Assembly (NCBI GenBank): GCA_963813715.1
Contig: CAWFAK010000002.1
Coordinates: forward strand, 1-64,000
DNA: 64,000 nt
Source: an uncultured Planctomycetaceae bacterium
GTDB lineage: Bacteria; Planctomycetota; Planctomycetia; Planctomycetales; Planctomycetaceae
Direction: 5' to 3'
The notes below the pieces were generated by a model. It did not search any database and was not told the DNA's origin. It worked only from the letters and a program-made list of their open reading frames with translations. The position numbers and the translations under genes were made by a program. Positions 55,573 through 64,000 of this stretch are shown here, piece after piece. The first letter of the stretch is position 1, and every line of letters starts with the position of its first letter.

Positions 55573-56940
55573 CTATTTCGAGACGACGGGCTTCGGCCGT
55601 GTCACGTCGCCCGCGGCCTTCGATTTGGAGGGACTTTTATCAAGCTCGGCCCGCAGGCGTTTGGCTTCGTCCTGTGCCGCCTTGAGCTGGCCTTGCAGTG
55701 TTTTGACCTCGACGGCCAGTTCCGCCGCCTTGATCCCCTTCTCTTTCGCCTCGAGCGTCCGCTCGCGGAGGTTGACCGACATTTCCTTGACCGAGAACTC
55801 GGACTCCTTCTTGGCGACTTCCAGTTCCTTGCGGGCCAGCTCGAGTGCCTTGGGATCGGGTTGCGTTTTGATCGTCTCTTGGGCGGCCGCGAGCGATTTT
55901 TGCGTCAGGTCGAGCGACTTGCGGGACGCGTCGCGGTCGCGTTCGGCCGCGGCCAGCTTGTCCGTGAACTCGGCGGAGGCGGTCTGCAGCTTCTTGAGCT
56001 TGGCCAGCGCCTCGTCCCGTGCCGCGGCGAGCTCCTTGCGGATCGCTTCCGCGGCCCCGTCGGCTTTGGCCAATGAGGTCTTCAGAATCTCCGCCCGGGC
56101 TACGGCGTCGTCGCGGGCTTTCTCGGCCTCGCTCTTGGCTTTCTCGGCCAGGCCTTTGTCGGCGACGGCTTGCTTCGCCGCCGCGCTTGCCTGATCGCGG
56201 CTCGCTTCGGCCTTCTGGCGGGCCGCGTCTGCGTCGGCCGCCGCCTGTGTGGCCTGGGTTTTCGCACTCTGCGCGTCGGCCAGCGTCTTTTCCGCTGCCT
56301 TTTGGGACGCGAGGGCCGTATCCCGCTCGGCCGCCGCCGCCATCACCTTTTTATTGGCGGCCTCGACGTCTGCGACCGCCGCTTTGAGCTTCAACTCGAC
56401 TGCCTTGAGGTCGTTCTCAAACGATTTTAATTTCGCTTCGACGCGCGACCGGGTCGTCTCGGCCGTGTTGAGGTTCTCTTCGAGCAACTTCCGCGAAGCA
56501 AGGCTTTCGTCGCGGACCCGCTCTGCCTTGTTGCGCTCTTCATCCGACTTGGCGAACGCAGCCTTGGCGGCGTCGCGCTCCTTCAGGGCCAGCGCCCGTT
56601 CCGCATTGTGCTTCTTGAGTTTTTCTTCCGCCTGCTTCTGGGCGGCTTGCGCTTCTTGTGCCGTATGCTGGGCGGCGGCCAAATCGGCCTCGAGCTTGGC
56701 GTGTCGCTGCGCGTCCTGGTTCGACGTGTCGGGCGGCGGCGCCGGACGCGATTTGTTCGCCGCGAGCTGGGCCTCGAGCGTGGCGACCTGTCCCAACGCT
56801 TCCCGCCGTCCGCTTTGCGCCCAGAGCACGGCCGCCAGCAACAGCAGGATCACGCCGCAAGCCACCGGGATCAGCAGGTTCGGCTGGGATGCCGGTTCCT
56901 CGGCCGCGGGCGGCGGCGGGTCTGTGAGGTGAAGTGTCAT
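55573..56940 (-). CDS. Single-pass membrane protein with long coiled coil
   Basis: MTLHLTD start; TM LLIPVACGVILLLLAAVLW; >300 aa A/K/E-rich heptads. Confidence 0.8.
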   Translation of the reverse strand: MTLHLTDPPPPAAEEPASQPNLLIPVACGVILLLLAAVLWAQSGRREALGQVATLEAQLAANKSRPAPPPDTSNQDAQRHAKLEADLAAAQHTAQEAQAAQKQAEEKLKKHNAERALALKERDAAKAAFAKSDEERNKAERVRDESLASRKLLEENLNTAETTRSRVEAKLKSFENDLKAVELKLKAAVADVEAANKKVMAAAAERDTALASQKAAEKTLADAQSAKTQATQAAADADAARQKAEASRDQASAAAKQAVADKGLAEKAKSEAEKARDDAVARAEILKTSLAKADGAAEAIRKELAAARDEALAKLKKLQTASAEFTDKLAAAERDRDASRKSLDLTQKSLAAAQETIKTQPDPKALELARKELEVAKKESEFSVKEMSVNLRERTLEAKEKGIKAAELAVEVKTLQGQLKAAQDEAKRLRAELDKSPSKSKAAGDVTRPKPVVSK

Positions 56941-57157
56941 CGGTCGGCCCTCTCGCTCTCTCGGTTTGGTGTCGCCCCAGATGGTTTCCGAAAAATCACG
57001 GATAACTTCCGACAAAATCAGCGGATAATGCGCGTAGAAGTGCGGCTCCAGCATGGTCGATCGCGCGGGTCGAGTCAATTCCCATAATCCGACATTAACA
57101 CTTCCGAAACAGTCAATCGGGCCGCTAAAGTGCGCGAGTGGGCGGAGTGTGCTGACG

Positions 57158-58315
57158 ATGGATTCCCCGACCAGTTCGCAGAGCGAGACACAAGCCGCAG
57201 CGCCGGGCGGCGCGCCGTCCGGCGCTCCCCCGCGGGCGGCGTCCGTCTCGACTGCGCCGGCCACTTCGACGGGAGTCGACGCGCTGATTCGCCTCGGCTT
57301 GATTGGGCTGGGCCCGGCAGGCCAGTTTCACGCCGAACGCCTGTCGCTGCGTCCCGAGTTCGAGATCGTCGCCGCTTGCGATCCCGCCGGTCAGCCGGCG
57401 CGACGACTCCCCGGCCCACGCGGCACGGATCGGTCGATTAATTGCGACCTGGCGGAGCTCCTGGCGCGGGCCGACGTCGCCGCCGTATTGATTACGGGTC
57501 CCACCCCACACCGCGCGGATTGGGCCGAGCGGGCTCTGCGGGCGGGCAAACACGTCTGCCTCGACCCTCCTCCGTGCGCGAACGCGAACGAGCTCCGCCA
57601 CCTGCGGTCCGCCGCCCGCGACACGGGACGACGCCTCACAGTCCTGCCCACGTTTCGCGGCAGCGCCGATTTTCGCACGGCGCTCGACGTCGTGCGCGGC
57701 GCGCGCTTGGGCAGCCTGAACGCGGCCCGCCTGGTCTCGTGGGGCAAGGTCGTGCCACCGGTGGTCACCGCGCCGGCGTCGGCAAGCGCGGCACCCGGCG
57801 CCAATGGCTCGGTTGTGGGCGAAGTCGATCTGTTCGCGCACTTCGCTTATCAATACGTCGACCAGTTGCTGCAATTGCTCGGCCGCCGCCCGCAGTCGGT
57901 CTTCGCCCGGATTCTTCCCGCCGGCCAGTCGGTCGCCTCGATCACGTCGACCTCGATCGCCTTCACACTCGCGATCGCCTTCGACACGGGCGTCGATGCG
58001 GCAGCCGATGCACTCATCGACGTGAACCTGACAAGCGGTGCCGTGTTGCAGACGGGTTGGATGCTGGCGGGAGCTGACGGCGGCTACAGTGGCGGCCGCA
58101 TCTATCTGCAGGAAGACTCAGGCGAAATCTGCGACGAGCCCGTGCCCGCAAGCGATCGACCGGCTTCCGACGTGTACGGAGAGTTGGCCGCCACAATGCG
58201 CGACGAATCACACGCCGCGTCCTCCGTCGACGATGCCGAAACGGTCACGCGCGTGCTCGACGCGGCCCGCGAATCGTCACGCATTGGGCAGAGCGTGCCG
58301 CTCGAGACGGAATGA
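57158..58315 (+). CDS. Divergent Gfo/Idh/MocA-fold protein
   Basis: RLGLIGLGPAG Rossmann motif; ALRAGKHVCLDPP in place of EKP. Confidence 0.8.
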   Translation: MDSPTSSQSETQAAAPGGAPSGAPPRAASVSTAPATSTGVDALIRLGLIGLGPAGQFHAERLSLRPEFEIVAACDPAGQPARRLPGPRGTDRSINCDLAELLARADVAAVLITGPTPHRADWAERALRAGKHVCLDPPPCANANELRHLRSAARDTGRRLTVLPTFRGSADFRTALDVVRGARLGSLNAARLVSWGKVVPPVVTAPASASAAPGANGSVVGEVDLFAHFAYQYVDQLLQLLGRRPQSVFARILPAGQSVASITSTSIAFTLAIAFDTGVDAAADALIDVNLTSGAVLQTGWMLAGADGGYSGGRIYLQEDSGEICDEPVPASDRPASDVYGELAATMRDESHAASSVDDAETVTRVLDAARESSRIGQSVPLETE

Positions 58316-58371
58316 TCGCTGTCCTTCGTCACATCGCCCGTCGCTCGCATCGCGCGCTTGCGGCGTTGTCT

Positions 58372-58468
58372 CACCCCGTTGGGGCTTTTCGCCCGCTGAG
58401 GGCGGCGTTGGATCCCGGGCCTTCGCTGCGCTACGACCCGGGCTATAGAATCTCGCCCCTCAGGGCTC
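58372..58468. repeat. Palindromic intergenic element between convergent genes
   Basis: CACCCCGTTGGGG...CCCGGG-N-CCCGGGCT...GCCCCTCAGGGC nested hairpins. Confidence 0.6.
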
Positions 58469-58518
58469 AAATCGTCGTTTATGTCGTGTAGGGCAGGCTG
58501 TGACGGCCGCCCCTCCGC

Positions 58519-59550
58519 TCAGTCGCTGGCCGCCGGCAGGTTCGCTTGCGCCGCCAGACGAGCGACCGCGAAGGCGCACGCGGCCTCCGCCACGGCGGGG
58601 CCGAAGATTTCGAGCAGGTTTACGGTCGCGACGTCGGCCAGCTGCGGACAGCTGGTCAACACACGGCGGCCCAGAAAACTGCCGACGCCGGAGAGGAAGA
58701 GGCGGTTGGGCACCAGTGGTTGCCCGCGCAGCACGGCCTCGAGCGCGCTTACGATGTGCCGTCGCTGTGCCTCGGCGAGTCCGCGGGCGGCTGTCTCCGC
58801 GTCTTCCCGCGAGAATTCGTCGCTGTCGCAGCCGATGCAGCGGGCGAGCCGATCACGGGCGCACGAGACTGTGGCCGGTCGAGCGTCGGCCGTGTCGCAG
58901 TCGGCCGGGTCTTCCAGCAGATCGCCCGTCGTGAGATAGACATCGAGCGTGGTCGCGAACAACTCGGCCATCACCGGGCACCAGCCGCCGCGAAACGGCA
59001 CGGAGCCCGCGACCGCGCAGACCGGCGTTCGTCGCACGCCCGTGTACACCAGCTCGCCCGCCTGCAGGCGCTCCCGATCCGTGCGGCCCGCGGGCACGGG
59101 TTGTCCGTCGGCCAGCGGAACGATATCGCAGGTCGTGGTGCCGATGTCGATCAACAGGGCGCCGCCGGCTGGAGCGAGTGGGCCGAGAAAGGTTGCCAGC
59201 GCATGCCAGTTGGCGGCCGCCGTCAGCAGCGGTTCGGCCCGGGCCTCGGATGGCGTCACAAAATGGCCCGTCGTCTGCCACACTTGCACCGGCGTGCCCC
59301 CGGCCGCCAGCTCGACGGAGCTGAGGATCGCGTCGACGCCGTCCCGCTTGGTGCGATAGCAGTCGGCCAGCTCTGCGGTCATGGTGACGGCAAGGCAATC
59401 CGGCGAATTGAACCCGGCCAGGAGCGCGTCGATCTCGGCCGCCAGGCGGTCGGGGTTTTTCCAGACGGCGAACGGACGCGTGATCGCGCGACCGTCCGCG
59501 TCGGCCGCCTTCAGATTCGCCCCGCCGATATCGAGTCCCACCACGTGCAC
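58519..59550 (-). CDS. Hydantoinase/oxoprolinase-family C1-transfer protein (MfnF/Orf9-like)
   Basis: GLDIGGANLK, VTMTAELADCY, AAANWHA, IDIGTTTCDIVP, ELVYTGVRRTP, AELFAT; GTG after AGGAG. Confidence 0.88.
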   Translation of the reverse strand: MHVVGLDIGGANLKAADADGRAITRPFAVWKNPDRLAAEIDALLAGFNSPDCLAVTMTAELADCYRTKRDGVDAILSSVELAAGGTPVQVWQTTGHFVTPSEARAEPLLTAAANWHALATFLGPLAPAGGALLIDIGTTTCDIVPLADGQPVPAGRTDRERLQAGELVYTGVRRTPVCAVAGSVPFRGGWCPVMAELFATTLDVYLTTGDLLEDPADCDTADARPATVSCARDRLARCIGCDSDEFSREDAETAARGLAEAQRRHIVSALEAVLRGQPLVPNRLFLSGVGSFLGRRVLTSCPQLADVATVNLLEIFGPAVAEAACAFAVARLAAQANLPAASD

Positions 59551-59559
59551 GACAACTCC

Positions 59560-60819
59560 TCAGAATCTTCCGAACGGTGCCGTCGGCATCGAATTCGACG
59601 GAGTTGGATTGTCGGGTGGCACTGGCGGCTTGCCCGCCAGTGTTGCCTTCGCCTCTCTCTGACGAGGACACTGGCGGGCAAGCCGCCAGTGCCACCCGGA
59701 ATGCGTTATTGACCGCACGAGACCCGCAGTACCATTCGCTGGACTCTCGTGCCTCGAAGCACGCAAGCATCCGTGCCGCCAGGTTTGCTCCGGTCAGCCG
59801 GCGATAGCCCACATAAGAAGTTGTCAGCCGCGGATTGACTTCGACGAGCCGCACATGCGGTGCTTGCGACGAGACGATCAGATCGAAGCCGACCCAACCG
59901 GACAGTCCAGGCAGCGTCCGGCAGACTTCCCCGACCAGATCGACCACCGCGGTGGCGAGTGCCGGCGCAAGATCGACCGCTGGAATCCGGCCGCCGCGAT
60001 AACCGAATCGCCCGTCGTTTGTCAGCCGCTGCTCGCCCAAGGGAAGCATGTCGATCCGCCCGTCGCGCGGGTCGATCAACACGGCAGTGGACAGCGCGCG
60101 GCCGGGAATAAATGGCTGGGCGACCATCTCGGAGTGATGATTTTCGGCAGGCCCCCCCGAGCACACTCTTCCCCTCTCTCCCCCGGCGGGAGAGGGGTCG
60201 GGGGTGAGGGGCGCCCTTTACTCAACTTCGTCGCGAACTCGTGAAACTCGTCCGCGTCACGAATCAGGATGGTGTCGACCGATCCGGCGCCGTCGCGCGG
60301 CTTGACGACGATCGGGAACTGTAACCCGTCGAACCCAACAGAACGGTCGAACCGGATCGTAGGAATTGTCGGGATCGAGTGCCGCACCAGGTGTTCGCAA
60401 TAAGGAGAGCTTGTCGCCGCAGAGTTCGATCGCCTTGGCGGTCGGCCCCAGGAAGCGTCCGCCGGCCGCGTCGGTCATGCGTCGGCGTTCAAGCAAGATC
60501 CCCCCTGTTTCTGGGGCGATCACCAGCGTAGCCTGGGCTGCCCGCGCTAATTCGGAGAACAAACAACGCTCGTGCTCGGGCGACTCGACCCAGACCACGC
60601 GCGCCTGTTCCTCGAGGTGGGCGACTGCGGGCAATTCCCGCAGCCGCCGGTCGATCGTCGTCACGACCGAGTCGCGCCGGCTGGGTGCGTCGTCAGGGAT
60701 CTGCGAAAAATCGGCGACGACGGCGGTCAGCATGGCGAGCCCCTCCGCGCGAGCGAACTGTCGCTCAAATCGCCGTCGAATGCGCCGGAGCAGAAGAATT
60801 CGTGGACGAATACAGGCAT
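59560..60819 (-). CDS. ATP-grasp ligase (MfnD-like tyramine-glutamate ligase), frameshifted, with embedded REP elements
   Basis: VFVHEF, EGLAML, LVIAPETGG, CGDK, VVKPRDGAGS, QPFIPG, GWVGFDLI, VEVNPRLTTSYVG, VEFDADG; adjacent to the MfnF-like gene. Confidence 0.85.
59614..59697. repeat. REP-like inverted doublet inside the ATP-grasp CDS
   Basis: 59614-59642 and inverted 59669-59697; same family as 16392 and 32131. Confidence 0.9.
60171..60211. repeat. REP-like element inside the ATP-grasp CDS
   Basis: Minus strand CCCCTCACCCCCGACCCCTCTCCC..GGGGAGAG; family of 22084. Confidence 0.75.
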
Positions 60820-60902
60820 CGTTGCCGCCGCGGGAAAGGGACAGGTATCATACCGGCGCGTTTGGCGTCACAAAATCGCGCCCGCCTGCAGAGAGTCACC
60901 TG

Positions 60903-61847
60903 ATGAGTGCCGATTCCGTCTCTCGACGCGACTTTTTGTCGCTGACCGCGACCGCAACTGCCGCCGTCGCAACTCACGCTGTCGCGCTGGCTCCCACGTT
61001 CGCTCCGGCCGCCGGCGACAAGTCCGCCCCGCCACTGCATAAAGCAGTCAAGTTCTCGATGGTCCGCCGCACCGGTTCGCTCTCCGACACGTTCAAGATG
61101 GTCAAGGAGTGCGGCTTCGAGGGGATCGACATCGACCGCCACGTCGATCACGACGAGGTTGCTCAGGCCAAGCGGGATAGCGGCCTCATCGTGCACGGCG
61201 TTGTCGGTTATGACCATTGGGCGAAGCCCCTCTCCGATCCGAGCGAAACGGTCCGCAAGGCCGGCCGCGACAGCTTCATCGGCTCGCTCCACGATTGCAA
61301 AGCCTACGGCGGCACCACCGCTCTGCTCGTCCCGGGCCGCGTCACCAAGCAGGTCTATTACGCCGACGCTTACAAGCGCTCGCAGGACGAAGTCCGCAAG
61401 CTCGTGCCGATTGCCGAAGAGCTGCAGATTTTCATTTGCATCGAAAACGTCTGGAACGACATGCTGATCACGCCGCTGGAAATGGCCCGCTACATCGATG
61501 AGATCAACAGCCCGTGGGTCGGCTCCTATTACGATATCGGCAACAGCGTCCGCTTCGGCTGGCCCGAACACTGGATCGCCGCCCTCGGCAAGCGGATCAA
61601 AAAGGTCGACGTCAAGGAATACAGCCGCAAACTGATGAACACCAAAGGGCCCGGCGCGGGCTTCAAACTCAAGATCGGCGATCCGGGGGGCGACTGCGAC
61701 TGGCCCAACGTCTTGGCGGCTCTCGACGGCATTGGATACCACGGCTGGGCCACGGCCGAAGTCCCCGGAGGCGGAGCCGAAGAACTCAAGGACATTTCGC
61801 AACGGATGGATCGAATCTTCGCCTCGCACGATTTGGCGACGAGGTGA
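60903..61847 (+). CDS. Tat-exported sugar phosphate isomerase/epimerase (xylose isomerase-like TIM barrel)
   Basis: SRRDFL, IENVWN, YYDIGN, VDVKE, CDWP, WATAEV. Confidence 0.9.
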   Translation: MSADSVSRRDFLSLTATATAAVATHAVALAPTFAPAAGDKSAPPLHKAVKFSMVRRTGSLSDTFKMVKECGFEGIDIDRHVDHDEVAQAKRDSGLIVHGVVGYDHWAKPLSDPSETVRKAGRDSFIGSLHDCKAYGGTTALLVPGRVTKQVYYADAYKRSQDEVRKLVPIAEELQIFICIENVWNDMLITPLEMARYIDEINSPWVGSYYDIGNSVRFGWPEHWIAALGKRIKKVDVKEYSRKLMNTKGPGAGFKLKIGDPGGDCDWPNVLAALDGIGYHGWATAEVPGGGAEELKDISQRMDRIFASHDLATR

Positions 61848-61974
61848 TCGCCAGAAAAGCCCGGCGAGCGGCCCGTGTCAGCTGGCCGGTGCTTCAGTGT
61901 TTTCTCCTCTCAGGCCAGTTGAACCAGTGACCGCCACGGCGGGCACCAGCAAATACAAATAATCGGAGCGACAA

Positions 61975-64000
<2,026 letters not shown>

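Noticed and set aside
58853..60166. MfnD-MfnF read-through or overlap
   Set aside because: After VEFDADGTVR the frame is out of phase with the MfnF-like gene. A TGA at 59560-59562 and an RBS+GTG for the next gene indicate separate genes with an indel.

Overview
GC-rich bacterial chromosomal segment, most likely from a planctomycete. The taxon call is inferred from gene content (HYExAFE-like protein, small basic DUF6800-like protein, VWA/DUF4175-type operon, archaeal-like C1-transfer cofactor genes, lpxD/lpxI, flagellar flhA-flhF-flhG-fliA). About 50 CDSs are supportable, mostly housekeeping or secreted enzymes. No tRNA, rRNA or CRISPR array was seen. Around 20 genes, including normally essential ones (lpxD, ftsH), are split by single-base frameshifts, which points to uncorrected long-read indels rather than pseudogenes; coordinates of split genes are reconstructed. 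The most unusual features are non-coding or semi-coding. (i) At least seven distinct REP-like palindrome families occur. (ii) A DDE insertion sequence sits inside one REP unit of a tandem array (4640-5621). (iii) Two REP-type elements are embedded in the coding region of an MfnD-like ATP-grasp gene. (iv) A 1.1-kb gene-free tract (21.3-22.4 kb) holds a duplicated 148-bp hairpin-containing element, six GGGACGGGA motifs and three nested palindrome families. Protein-level oddities include a radical SAM protein with a Cx6Cx3C motif, a hybrid-motif PTPS coupled to a CitG-like gene, and a probable pseudo-enzyme Gfo/Idh/MocA. All family names come from motif recognition by eye, not database searches.
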